Below are positions 1 to 11,162 of a stretch of 64,000 nt of DNA, piece by piece. The position numbers and the translations under genes are program-made. A model generated the notes under the pieces. It searched no databases. It saw nothing but the letters and a program-made list of their open reading frames with translations, and was not told the DNA's origin. This stretch comes from Rebecca billardiae RCC1528 (Eukaryota; Protista; Haptophyta), in NCBI GenBank assembly GCA_965240325.2, contig OZ251227.1:1-64000 (forward strand), read 5' to 3'. The first letter of the stretch is position 1, and every line of letters begins with the position of its first letter.

Positions 1-1690
1 CGGGCCCGACTCGAGCGCGTCGACGCCCACGCGCACGCCCGCCGGCCGCCCCGCGGGCGCGCCGCCGCCGCCGCCGTCGGAGGACGAGCCGTCGGACGAC
101 CAGTCGTCCGCGCCGCCGCCGCCGCGCCGCCGCTCGCCCTCGTCCTCGCCCTCCTCGTCGCCCTCGTCGTCGTCCTCGTCCTCCTCCTCCTCGTCGTCGT
201 CGTCGTCGGGCGGGAAGGGCACGGCGCCGAGGTCGAGCGCGGGCACCGTCGACGGGCGCCGGTACGCGTCGGGCGGCGCCGGCTCCATCAGCACGCCTGC
301 GCGGCGGGGCGGCGGCGGCGCGCGCGGCCGGTGAGAGCGTCGCGCGGCGCGGCGCGCTCTCCGCGCGCGCGCGCAGGCGCGGCGCGGCGCGGCGCGCACC
401 CTCGCCGAGCCGCGGCGTGTAGTTGCCCGTGTTGGGGTCGACGGGCAGCATGGGCGGCGCGTCGGCGTCCTCGGCCGACGGCTCGTGCGGCTGCTCCGGC
501 GCGCCGCCCTCCGCGCCGTCCTCGTCCGCGCGCGGCGGCAGCGTGTGCCCCTGCGCCGCGTGGAAGTCCGCCCACGCGTAGCACTGGCGCTGCAGCTCGT
601 CGCGCTCCGCAGACAGCCGCGCGAGCGCGCGCTCCTGCTCGCCGAGCAGCCGCTGCAGCGCGGCGCGCTCCTCGCGCGCGGCGGCGGCGGAGAGCTCGGC
701 CGCGGCGCGCGCCTCCTCCGCGCGCGCGCTCGCCGCGCGCGCCTCCGCCGCCGCCTGCTCCGCCGCGGCGATCGCGTTGGCCGCGTCGCCCGCGTGCGCG
801 ACCGGCGCGGCGCTCGCGCGCGCGGCCGCGTGCTGCAGCGCGAGCTCGTACGCGTCCTTGACGCGCGGGAGCAGCCGGCCGTGCACCGAGTCGGCGGCCT
901 GCTCGCGCGCGATGATCGCGTCGAGCAGCGCCGCGTGCAGCGCCAGCCGCCGCTCGCGCCGCGCGTGCGCGGGCAGGCGCGCGTCCGTGTGCCGCTGCCT
1001 GCGCAGCGCCTCGTCGAGCGAGAGCTCGAGCGACAGCCCGACCGCGCCCGAGAAGAGGGACGCGTGCTCGGAGGGGCGCGCGGCCGAGGCGGCGCGCGAG
1101 CCGCGCCGGCCGTGCTGCGGGCGCAGCGGCTCCGCCGCCGAGCCCACGCGGCTCGCGCGCTGCAGCAGCGTCGCCGCGCCCGCCGCGCCCACGTCCTTCA
1201 CCATGCGCGCGCCGCCAGACTCGCGCGGCAGCGCGCCGCCGCCGCGCGTGCGCGCGCCGAGCCGCCCGGCGCCGACGGGCTCGGGCGCGAAGGCGGCGGG
1301 GAGGAGGGGGACGTACGAGCCGCCGCCGCCGCCGCCGCCCTCGCGCTGCGCCACCAGCTGCGCCGCCGACTGCGGCCGCGTGCGGCGCGCGGCCGGCGGC
1401 TCGCCCGCGGGCGCGGGCGGCGGCTGCAGCGGCGTCGCGGGCTTGCGCGGCGGCGCGCCCGCCTCGGCGCCGGCGTCGGATCGCGCGGCGGGCGTCGCGT
1501 CCGCCGCGTACGTGCCCGCCGGGTCGCGCATCGGCGCGCGGCGCGAGCCGCGCACGAGGTGGCGCGGCCGGAGCGCGCCCTGCGGCGGCTCCGCGCCGCC
1601 GAGCGCCGGCGCGGACGAGACGCCGCCGCGCGCGTGGCGCGGGTTGACGGCCGAGCCGCTCGCGCCGTACACCGTGCTGATCGCGTGCAT
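1..1690 (-). CDS. Hypothetical coiled-coil / low-complexity protein, runs off the left edge; intron 297-399
   Basis: ATG at 1690 (MHAISTVYGASG...). Open frame with a coiled-coil-like stretch (EERAALQRLLGEQERALARLSAERDELQRQ). A GT..AG intron at 399-297 keeps the frame into an acidic tract. No family recognised. Confidence 0.55.
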   Translation of the reverse strand, partial: MHAISTVYGASGSAVNPRHARGGVSSAPALGGAEPPQGALRPRHLVRGSRRAPMRDPAGTYAADATPAARSDAGAEAGAPPRKPATPLQPPPAPAGEPPAARRTRPQSAAQLVAQREGGGGGGGSYVPLLPAAFAPEPVGAGRLGARTRGGGALPRESGGARMVKDVGAAGAATLLQRASRVGSAAEPLRPQHGRRGSRAASAARPSEHASLFSGAVGLSLELSLDEALRRQRHTDARLPAHARRERRLALHAALLDAIIAREQAADSVHGRLLPRVKDAYELALQHAAARASAAPVAHAGDAANAIAAAEQAAAEARAASARAEEARAAAELSAAAAREERAALQRLLGEQERALARLSAERDELQRQCYAWADFHAAQGHTLPPRADEDGAEGGAPEQPHEPSAEDADAPPMLPVDPNTGNYTPRLGEGARRAAPRLRARAESAPRRATLSPAARAAAAPPRRRADGAGAARRVPAPVDGARARPRRRALPARRRRRRGGGGRGRRRGRRGGRGRGRAAARRRRRGRLVVRRLVLRRRRRRRARGAAGGRARGRRRARVGP

Positions 1691-1925
1691 GCCCTCGGGC
1701 GCGCCTCGTGTGCGCGCGCGGGGCCGGCCGGGGGCGCGGGGGGCGCACTCAGCGCGAGGAGCAGCAGGCGATGCCGGCGCCTTGTGCAACGACAGCCCGC
1801 GGCGGGATCAAAGCAAAACCGATGTTGATGATGAACAATGGGCCACGTCCGCCATCGTGCGCGGGTGAAACCGAAACGTCGATGCCTACGGCCTACCCCC
1901 TGCAGCGACCAGCGTCGGCGGCACG

Positions 1926-2453
1926 ATGGCGGCGCTCGTCGCGCCGCTCGCGACCTTTGTTGCGGGCCTCGCGTGCGCGCGGCTGCTCGACGCGCGGCGC
2001 GCGGCGCGGCTGCGCGCGGACGGGCGCGCGCGCGCCGCCGCCGGCGGCGAGGCGGACGACGACGACGACGACGACTCCTCGGACGAGGACGACGGCGCGG
2101 GCGCGCTCAAGATGGTGCTGGTCGTGCGCAACGACCTCAAGATGACCAAGGGCAAGATCGCGGCGCAGGCGTGCCACGGCGCGCTCGGCGCGTACCAGAT
2201 GGCGGTGGAGACGTGCCCCGAGGCCGTCGTGCGCTGGGAGCGCACGGGCTGCGCCAAGGTCGCGCTGCGCGTCGAGGAGGAGGCGGGGCTGCTCGGCGTG
2301 CGCGCGGCCGCGCGCGCCGCGCGGCTGCCGCACTACCTCGTCGTCGACGCGGGGCGCACGCAGATCGACCCGGGGTCGAAGACCGTCTGCGCCGTCGGAC
2401 CCGCGCCGATCGGCGCGATCGACAAGATCACCGGCCACCTCAAGCTGCTCTAG
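1926..2453 (+). CDS. PTH2: Peptidyl-tRNA hydrolase 2 (PTH2 family) with N-terminal hydrophobic anchor
   Basis: Motifs KMVLVVRNDLKMTKGKIAAQACH, DAGRTQI.PGSKTV and IDKITGHLKLL. Confidence 0.95.
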   Translation: MAALVAPLATFVAGLACARLLDARRAARLRADGRARAAAGGEADDDDDDDSSDEDDGAGALKMVLVVRNDLKMTKGKIAAQACHGALGAYQMAVETCPEAVVRWERTGCAKVALRVEEEAGLLGVRAAARAARLPHYLVVDAGRTQIDPGSKTVCAVGPAPIGAIDKITGHLKLL

Positions 2454-3220
2454 GGTCCGCCAAGTCAGAATCAGCGGGCCGTGACGCCCGAGCCGTCGAG
2501 AGCGGGCCCAGTCATCAGTCCCGTTCACTCAGTCCCGACTCCAAGTCCGTCAGATGATTATGAATCGATGATCAGACTGCGACGCGCCGCGACCGTCAAT
2601 GATGATGCATATATGCTCGCTACTCCCTTCAATGATGACGACGGCCGCGCGCCGTGCCGACGATGATGCTGCCGTGCTACTTCGGGAGTCACGGCCTAGT
2701 CCGCGCAGTAGTGCCGCAGTCGGGCGCACTCTCCCCCTCTTCGGTTCGGCCAGCCGCGGGCCACGGTCGCGCGGATCGATCCGCGCGGATCGCCCAGCCT
2801 ATAGCAGCAGTCAGCGCTACATCAATAATATACGCGACTACATGGTAGTACGTGACGTCGTGCAGCCGCGCCGCAGCCTCACTGAGTCACTGAGATCCGA
2901 TGACTGCTGGTGACAGACGGAGGCAGCTTCGCGAGCGAGTAGCCTGCTGCAGCCCGGCGGGATCATGAGGATGCGTCGACTCCGCTCCCGATCGGATTGG
3001 CACTGCTCCCGCTGCGGCCGCGCTCGCGACGTGCGGCAGCGAGTGACGCCGCGACACAGTGCCAGGGCCCAGGCCCAGGCCCAGGGGGCGACGGCGCCAG
3101 CCGTGATCGGGCGGTGGGGCGCCGTCCGTCCGTCCGAGCGCCCCTCCGGCTCGGCGACGGCTGACGAGGCGGAGGGAGGCGAGGCGGACTGGAGCGGTCG
3201 GGCCGGCCCACGCGGCGCGG

Positions 3221-4270
3221 TCACGCCCACACCTCCGGCGCGGCGGCCGCCTTGTGCAGCGCGCGCGTCGCGCCGATCACGGCGAGGTGCACGCTGCCGG
3301 CGGCGAGCGGCAGCAGCACCCAGCCGAGCGAGAAGGGGTGGCGCACGCCCCACCTGGCGAGCGCGCGCGGCGGCGGGCTCAGGTTGGAGAGCTCGGCCAT
3401 GAAGCCGTACGGCCAGACGCCCTCGTCCGCCGCGTCGAGCTGCGCCGCGCGCCGCTCCACCGCCGCGACCACGTTGAACGAGACGTGCGCGATGCACGGG
3501 TAGAGCACCGCGTACAGCGCCGCGAGCGCGCCCAGCCAGCCAAACGGCGGCGTGAGCGCGCGCAGCAGCGCGCGCCGCTTGACGAGCAGGAGGTCGGCGA
3601 GCGCGCACGGCACGGCGGCGCCGTGCGAGTACAGGTTGAGCGGCTTGAACGCGCGCACGCCGCGCGCGCGCCACGGCGCCACCTCCTCCTCCTCCCACTC
3701 CTTCCGCCCGAGCGCCAGCGGGTAGTAGAGCGCGGCGAGCACGCACGCGAGCGACGCCGTCCACTCGGACGACGCGTGCCCGAGGGCGTGCACGCGGACG
3801 AGGGCGGCGTCCCACGCGGGGGGCAGCGCGGGCCGCACGAGCGGGTCGAGCGCCGCGTCCGCCGCCGCGCCGAGCGCGAGGTGCGTGCTGCAGAGCGCGA
3901 GGCACTGCACGGTGAGGTACGCAAAGTGGCCGATGCCCGAGAGCGTGCGCCACTTCTTGTCGGACGCGGCGGGGCACGGCGTGAGGAAGAGGTCGGTGAA
4001 GAGGGCGGACGCGGCGCCGAGCGCGCACAGCCCGCCCAGCGCGCCGCGCGCCAGCTGCTCGCCCGGCGCCGCGCCCGCCAGCGCCGCCTCGGAGAGCGCG
4101 GGGTCGACCGCCGCGCCCGCGGCCGCGTACACGCCCAGCAGCGCGGCGAGCGCGACGCCGTCCTTCACGAGCGCGCGCTCGTGGTGCGCGAGCTCGGCGG
4201 CGGACGGCCGCCCCTCCGCCTCCCACCCGCCCGCCGACTCGCCGTACAGCAGCCGCTGGATCGCCGCCAT
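3221..4270 (-). CDS. AIG1/ADTRP (FAR-17a) family multi-pass membrane protein, putative Thr/His hydrolase
   Basis: Several hydrophobic helices. GHFAYLT, LYSHG..VP..LADL and WPYGFM match FAR-17a/AIG1 motifs. Confidence 0.65.
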   Translation of the reverse strand: MAAIQRLLYGESAGGWEAEGRPSAAELAHHERALVKDGVALAALLGVYAAAGAAVDPALSEAALAGAAPGEQLARGALGGLCALGAASALFTDLFLTPCPAASDKKWRTLSGIGHFAYLTVQCLALCSTHLALGAAADAALDPLVRPALPPAWDAALVRVHALGHASSEWTASLACVLAALYYPLALGRKEWEEEEVAPWRARGVRAFKPLNLYSHGAAVPCALADLLLVKRRALLRALTPPFGWLGALAALYAVLYPCIAHVSFNVVAAVERRAAQLDAADEGVWPYGFMAELSNLSPPPRALARWGVRHPFSLGWVLLPLAAGSVHLAVIGATRALHKAAAAPEVWA

Positions 4271-4715
4271 GGGCCGGCGCCGAGGCTATCGCTCGATGGG
4301 CGTGATGGGGGGCTTGGCCGGCGGCTCTGCACACACGGCCTGCATCGGATCAGTGGCACGGTGCCGCTTCGTCACCGGACCTTCTTGACGAGCGTCGACG
4401 CCCAACGAACTGAACCAACCATTCGCGGCGCACATGTCAATGGCGGCCAAGCCTCGGCCCGCGGCTGTTCACTAGTTCGTATCAAGGCAGCGGCGGGCGG
4501 CGGCGAGCATGCTACTGCTCACGGCGCTGCCGCTGGCGACGATGCTACTGCACGTGTGTATCCTTGGCGCATGGTGCGCAGGCGAGCTAGGTGATGACGA
4601 GGCCGACGCGCCTGCGGCGCGAGCGCCCCGCGCCCGGCCGGCGAGCGGGCCGCCGGCGCGGGGCCCGCGCGGCAGGCCGTCGTGGTGGCCACCAGCGGAC
4701 GCGCGCGCGCGCCGC

Positions 4716-7700
4716 TCACTTGGCCGCGCCCGCGCCCGCGCCGCGGTTGGCGAGCTTGTCCGAGTGCGCATAGTGCTCCTGCATGCTCTGCACGTCGAGC
4801 ACGGCCGACGAGTCCGCCCCGCGCTCGAGCGAGAGCGCGCTGAACGAGTCGGCGAGCAGCGAGGCGACCTGCAGGTTGGTGATGAGCGGCACGCTGTAGT
4901 CCACCGCGAGCCGCCGGATCGCGTAGTTAGAGATGGTGCGCTTCGAGTACTGCGGCGCGCGCGCGCGCGCGGAGGGCGGAGGGCGGCCGCGGCTCAGCCG
5001 CGCTCGCGGCGCGGCGCGCGCGGCGCGGCTCGGGCGCGCACCTGGTTGGAGAGCATCACGACGAGCTGGATCTTGCCGTTGCTCAGGTACTCGTCGATCG
5101 AGGGCTTGAGCCCCGACTCGGCGAAGTGCAGCAGCGTGTTGGGGATGCCGTTCTCGTCGAGGAAGCGGCTGGTCTCCTCTGTCGCGTACAGCGTGAAGCC
5201 CAGCCCGTGCAGCTTCGACAGCGTCGGCGCAAAGTCGGCGCGCAGCCGCTGCGGGCGGGCGGGCGGGCGGGCGGGCGGGGAAAAGGCGCGCGTGAGCCGC
5301 CTCGGCCGGCGCGCGCGCGCGCGCGCGCGCGGCGCGCGCCCGCGGCGCGCACCTCCTGGATGGAGACGAGCACGTGCTGCTCGGGCAGCGCGATCGTGCT
5401 CGCCATCAGCGCCTTGAGGAACGCGTCGTGCACGCCCGGCCCGAACGAGGCGACCTCGCCGGTCGACGCCATCTCGACGCCGAGCGACGGGTCCGCGCCG
5501 AGCAGCCGGCGGAACGAGAACATCGGCGCCTTGACCGCGACGAAGCCGGGCGCGGCGCCGGCGGGCGCGGCGCGCACGTGCGGCGGCAGCTTGAGCGGCG
5601 GCGCGCCCGCCATCGCGCGCGTCGCCGCCTCGATCAGGTTGACGCCGAGCGCCTTGGAGGCGAACGGCGCGGAGCGCGAGGCGCGGACGTTGCACTCGAT
5701 CACCGACACCTCGTCGCCCTTCACGATCAGCTGCATGTTGAACGGGCCGGTGATCTCGAGCGCCGCGCACACGCGCGCGGCGATGTCGTCGATCTTTGCG
5801 AGCGCGCCGTCCGGCAGCGTCTGCGGCGGCAGCATCAGCGTCGCGTCGCCCGAGTGCACGCCGGCGTTCTCGACGTGCTCCATCACCGCGCGCGCGAGCA
5901 GCGCGCCGCCGTCGCCGACGCCGTCCACGTCCACCTCGCGCCCGCCCTCGACGAACTTGGAGATCACGACGGGGTGCTCGCGGCTCACCATCGTCGCCTG
6001 GTCGAGGTAGCCGCCGAGCTCCTCGGCCGTGTACGCGACGTTCATCGCCGCGCCCGAGAGCACGTACGAGGGGCGGACGAGGAGCGGGTACCCGACGGCC
6101 TCGCCGAAGGCGAGCGCGTCGTCCGTCGACGTGAGCGAGCGCCACGCCGGCTGGCCCACGCCCGCCGCGTCGCACAGCGCGGAGAACTTGGAGCGGTCCT
6201 CGGCGGCGTCGATCCGCTCGGGCGAGGTGCCGAGCACGTTCACGCCGGCGCGCTGCAGCGGCAGCGCGAGCGTGTTCGGGATCTGGCCGCCGACGGAGAC
6301 GATCACGCCGCCGCAGCCCTCCGCCTCGTACACGTCGAGCACGCGCTCGAGCGAGAGCTCGTCGAAGTACAGCCGGTCGCACTCGTCGTAGTCCGTCGAG
6401 ACCGTCTCGGGGTTGTAGTTGAGCATCACGCTCGGCGTGCCGAGCTTGCGCAGCGTGCGGATCGCCGAGACCGAGCACCAGTCGAACTCGACGGAGGAGC
6501 CGATGCGGTAGACGCCCGAGCCGAGGACGAGCGTGCCGCGGTCGTTGAACTCGAGGTCGTGCTCGTCGCCGTTGTACGTCACGTACAGGTAGTTCGTCGC
6601 CGCGGGGAACTCGGCGGCCATCGTGTCGATCTGCTTGACGACCGGCCGCACGCCCGCGCGCAGCCGCGCGGCGCGCACGTCCATCTCGCCCGCGCCGCCG
6701 CCCACGAGCGCGGCGATCTGCCGGTCGGAGAAGCCGGACTTCTTCGCGACGAGCAGCGTGCTCGGCGCGAGCTCGGCCAGCCGCGTGCCGCGCAGCAGCC
6801 CGCGCATGTCCGACACGCGGCGCAGCTTCCACAGGAACCACGGGTCGATCTTGGTGAGGCCGTGGATGCGCTCGACCGGCCAGCCGCGGTCGAGCGCCGC
6901 CGCGACCGCAAACACGCGCGTGTCGGTGGCGACCTCGAGCGCGTACTCGAGCTCGGCGTCGGTCGCGTCGGCGTAGTCGCCGAAGCCCTCGACCGCCTCG
7001 AACCCCGGGATCGCCGGCTCGACCATCCGCAGCGCCTTCTGCAGCGACTCCTCGAAGGTGCGGCCGATCGCCATCACCTCGCCGACCGACTTCATCGCCG
7101 AGCCGATCTCGCGCGAGACGCGCGCAAACTTGTTGAGGTCCCACCGCGGCACCTTGGTCACGATGTAGTCGAGCGAGGGCTCGAAGCACGCCGTCGTCGA
7201 GAGCGTCACCGCGTTGCGCAGCTCGGGCAGCGTCAGCCCGAGCGCGAGCTTCGCCGCGACCGCGGCCAGCGGGTAGCCGGTCGCCTTGGACGCGAGCGCC
7301 GACGAGCGCGAGAGCCGCGGGTTGACCTCGATGATGCAGTACTCGGCGGACTCGGGGTCGAGCGCGTACTGGATGTTGCACTCGCCCACGATGCCCAGGT
7401 GGCGCACCACGTTCACCGCCGTCGTGCGCAGCATGTGGTACTCCGCGTCCGAGAGCGTCTGCGAGGGCGCGATCACGATCGAGTCGCCCGTGTGCACGCC
7501 GAGCGGGTCGAAGTTCTCCATGTTGCACACGGTGATGCAGTTGTTCGCGGCGTCGCGCACCACCTCGTACTCGACCTCCTTCCACCCCTTCAGCGACTTC
7601 TCGATCAGGATCTGCGGCGAGCCCGACAGCGCGACCGACGCCTGCGCGCGCAGCATCGGCTCGTCGCGCATGATGCCCGAGCCGAGCCCGCCGAGCGCAA

Positions 7701-9847
7701 ACGCCGCGCGCAGCATGCACGGGTAGCCGATCTGGCGCGCGGCGGCGATGGCCTCCTCGACGGTGTCCACGGCGAACGAGGGCGCGATCCGCTCGCCGAT
7801 CTCGTTCAGCTTCTCCGAGAAGATCCCGCGGTCCTCCGTCGCGATGATCACGTCGACGGGCGTGCCGAGCACCTCGACGCCGTGCTTGGCGAGCACGCCG
7901 CGCGCCTCGAGCTCGATCCCGCAGTTCAGCCCGGTCTGCCCGCCCATCGAGAGGATGATGCCGTCGGGCGCCTCGCGCTCGATCACGCGCTCCACGTACT
8001 CGGGCGTCACCGGCAGCAGGTACACGCGGTCCGCGCCCACCACGCCCTCCGCCGTGGCGGCGACGGGCTCGACGTCCGCGGCCGCGTCGGCGGGCGCGTC
8101 CATCGCCGGCGTGTTCGTCTGCACGGACGCGATGTTCGGGTTGATCAGGATGACCTCGCAGCCCTCCTCCTTGAGCGCCTTGATGGCCTGCGAGCCGGAG
8201 TAGTCGAACTCGCCCGCCTGCCCGATGCTCAGCCCGCCCGAGCCGAGCAGCAGCACCTTCTTCGCGCCCGAGCGCACGGCCTGCAGCACGGGCGGCGCGT
8301 GCGCGTCGAGCGCCGCCTTGAGGTCGAAGCGGCCGCCCGCGCGCGTCTCGTCGATGGCCTGCGCGAAGGCGTCGAAGAGGAAGGCCGTGTCCGTCGGCCC
8401 GCACTTCGCCTCGGGGTGGAACTGCGCCGAGAAGTACGGCAGCTCCTCGTGCATCACGCCCTCGTTCGAGCCGTCGTTCGCGTTGACAAACAGCTCCTTC
8501 CAGCCGGCCGGCAGCGTGCTCGCGTCGAGCGCGTACCCGTGGTTCTGCGGCGTGATGTAGCACGCGCCGGAGAGCACGTTGGTCACGGGCTGGTTCTGCC
8601 CGCGGTTGCCGTAGGGCAGCTTGTACGTGCTCGCGCCCGCCGCGCGGCCGATCAGCTGGTTGCCCATGCAGATGCCGAAGATGGGCTTGGGCGTGCGCGC
8701 GCCGATCAGCGCGGCGATGCCGTCGACCGTCGCCTGCACGCGCGCCGGGTCGCCCGGCCCGTTGGAGTAGAAGACGCCGTCGTACTCGTACTCGGTCGTG
8801 GCGATGTCGTAGTCCCACGGCACCAGGTGCACCTCGCAGTCGCGCGCGACCAGCTCGCGGATGATGTTCGCCTTGATGCCGCAGTCGACCGCGAGCACGC
8901 GCCGGCTGCCGCCCGCGTTGTACGTGACCGGCTCCTTGACCGACACGGCCGCCGCGAGGTTCTCCGCGCCGATGTCGACGAAGGGGAGCGCGTCCGAGCC
9001 CGCCGCGACGTACGAGGCCTCGAACTCGATCTTCGCCTTGAGCGCGCCGTACTCGCGGATCTTCTTCGTCAGCAGCCGCGTGTCGATGCCGTAGAGCGCG
9101 GGCACCTTCTGCTCCATCAGCCACTGCGAGAGCGAGCGCTCCGACGTCCAGTGCGAGTGGTGGTGCGAGTAGTCGGCGACGATCAGCCCGGCGGCGTGGA
9201 TGCGGTCCGACTCGAAGCCCGCGACCAGCCCGAGCTCGTCGCGCGCCTCGCCGTCCGGCACGCCGTAGTTCCCGATGATCGGGTACGTCATCACGATGAT
9301 CTGGCGCGCGTACGACGGGTCGGTCAGCGTCTCCGGGTAGCCGACCATGCCGGTGGTGAAGACGAGCTCGCCCGCGATCGAGGCCTCCGAGCCGAACGAG
9401 ACGCCGCGGAGCCGCGTGCCGTCCTCGAGCACGAGCGTGCCCTGCGCGGCGGGCGGGCGGGCGGGCGGCGGGCCGGCGGAGGCGTCACGCATCGCGCGCG
9501 CGCGCGCGCGCGCGCAGGCGGCATGCCGCGCGCGGCGGCAGCGCGCGGGCGCGGCGGCGGACCTGGCGGTAGTAGAGCGCCGAGTTCGAGCCGAAAGTCG
9601 AGCCGACGAAGCCGAGCGGCCGGCCGTCCTCGGGCAGCGCGTCCGACGCGGCGACGCGCGCGCGCGGCGACGCGGCCGCCGCGCGCGCGCGCGCGGCCGG
9701 GCGGGGCCGCGCGCCGAGCCGCGCGGGCGTGCCGGCGGCCGCGCCGCGCCAGCCCGCCACGCCGCGCGCGCACGCCAGCAGGAGCGCCGCCGCGAACAGC
9801 GCCGCCGCCGGCTGGCGGGGCGCGCCACGAGCTGCAGTCGTCGCCAT
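4716..9847 (-). CDS. CPS1: Fused carbamoyl-phosphate synthetase (GATase + synthetase + MGS-like domain), CPS1/CPSIII type; exons 9847-9563, 9441-5353, 5248-5042, 4949-4716
   Basis: GELVFTTGMVGYPE, SNGPGDP, GICMGNQ, QFHPE, IGQAGEFDYSGSQA, NMENFDPLGVHTGDS, IEVNPRLSRSSALASKATGYP, YRIGSSVEFDW and EHVENAGVHSGDA. Three GT-AG introns give a continuous frame. No DHOase or ATCase follows, so this is not CAD. Confidence 0.95.
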
Positions 9848-10034
9848 TTCGGTCGGCTCGCGCTCGCTCGGCGGTCGCGCCACCGCCGCCGATGCAAGGG
9901 GAGGTTTTTGGACCGACGGGCCTCGTGCCAAGCGGCGCGGAGCATGGCGCCCGAGCCAATGACGGAGCGCGTGCTCAAGCCGTGCCAACCGGCAACCGGG
10001 CAGTCCGGGACGAATCGACACAGCGACGACATCG

Positions 10035-11162
10035 ATGGCGGCCGCCCGCCGCTCGGCCGCGGCGCTGCTCTGCCCGCTCGTGGCCGCGAGCGGCGCGGCG
10101 CCGCTCGACCTCGGCGCGCTGCGCCGCGCGCCGCGCGTGCAGCACGTGCGCGTCGAGCGCGGCGGCCGCGCCCCGCCCCTCGAGCTCGACGTGCTGCGCG
10201 ACGACGCCGTCTGCCTCGCGCCCGGCGTGTGCGGCAACAAGGCGCGCAAGCTCGCGGCGACGCCGCTCGACGCGCCGCTCGCCTCGTACGGCGGGGCGCA
10301 GTCGAACGCCGCCGCCGCGCTCGCCGCGCTCGCCGCGCACGCGCGCGTGCCCTTCACCTACTACGTGCGCCCGCTGCCCGCGCACCTGGCGGCCGCGCCG
10401 CACGGCAACCTCGGCGCGCTGCACGCGCGCGGCGCGACGGTCGTCGAGCTGGGCGCCGACGCGTACGCGGCGCTGCGCGCGCACGCCGCCGGCGAGGCGC
10501 CACGCCCGCCCTTCCTCGAGCCGCGCGCGCGGCTCGTGCCGCAGGGCGGCGCGTGGGCGGCCGCCGAGCCCGGCGTCGCGACGCTCGCCGCCGCGGTCGA
10601 CCGCTGGGCCGGCGCGCGCGCGCGCGCGGGCGAGCGCGCGCTCGCCATCGTGCCGGCGGGCACGGGCACCACCGCGCTCTTCCTCGCGCGCCACGCGCGC
10701 GCCGCCGACGTGCTCGCCGTGCCGTGCGTCGGCGGCGCCGCCGCGCTGCGCGCGCAGTGGCGCGCGCTCGACGCAGCCGCGCCCGCCGCGAGCGGCGGCG
10801 GCGCCGCCGCGCCGCGCGCGCTCGACGAGCCGCGCGCGGCGGTGCGCTTTGGCGCGCTCGACGCGCGCGTGCTGCGCGCGTGGCGCGCGGCGCGGCGCGC
10901 GGGCCTCGAGCTCGACCTCGTGTACGGCGCGCCGGCGTGGGCGCAGCTGCTCGCGCGCGGCGTGGCGGAGCGCGAGTGGGGCGCGCGCCGCGCGCTGTAC
11001 GTGCACTCGGGCGGCCTCGAGGGCGCCGCGTCGCAGCTCCGCCGGTACGCGCGCGCCGGCATGCTCACGCGCGAGGAGGCGGACGCGCTCGACGCGGGCC
11101 GCGCCGGCGGCGGCGCCGAGCCGGGGCGCGGCCGCACGGCCGCCGCGACGGCGCCGCGGTGA
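10035..11162 (+). CDS. PLP-dependent ACC deaminase / D-cysteine desulfhydrase-like enzyme (TrpB fold)
   Basis: GNKARK (PLP lysine), SYGGAQSNA, PAGTGTT, LDLVYG and YVHSGG. Intronless. Confidence 0.85.
   Translation: MAAARRSAAALLCPLVAASGAAPLDLGALRRAPRVQHVRVERGGRAPPLELDVLRDDAVCLAPGVCGNKARKLAATPLDAPLASYGGAQSNAAAALAALAAHARVPFTYYVRPLPAHLAAAPHGNLGALHARGATVVELGADAYAALRAHAAGEAPRPPFLEPRARLVPQGGAWAAAEPGVATLAAAVDRWAGARARAGERALAIVPAGTGTTALFLARHARAADVLAVPCVGGAAALRAQWRALDAAAPAASGGGAAAPRALDEPRAAVRFGALDARVLRAWRAARRAGLELDLVYGAPAWAQLLARGVAEREWGARRALYVHSGGLEGAASQLRRYARAGMLTREEADALDAGRAGGGAEPGRGRTAAATAPR

Noticed and set aside
4716-9847. CAD/URA2 multifunctional enzyme
   Set aside because: The stop follows the MGS-like domain, with no dihydroorotase or ATCase.
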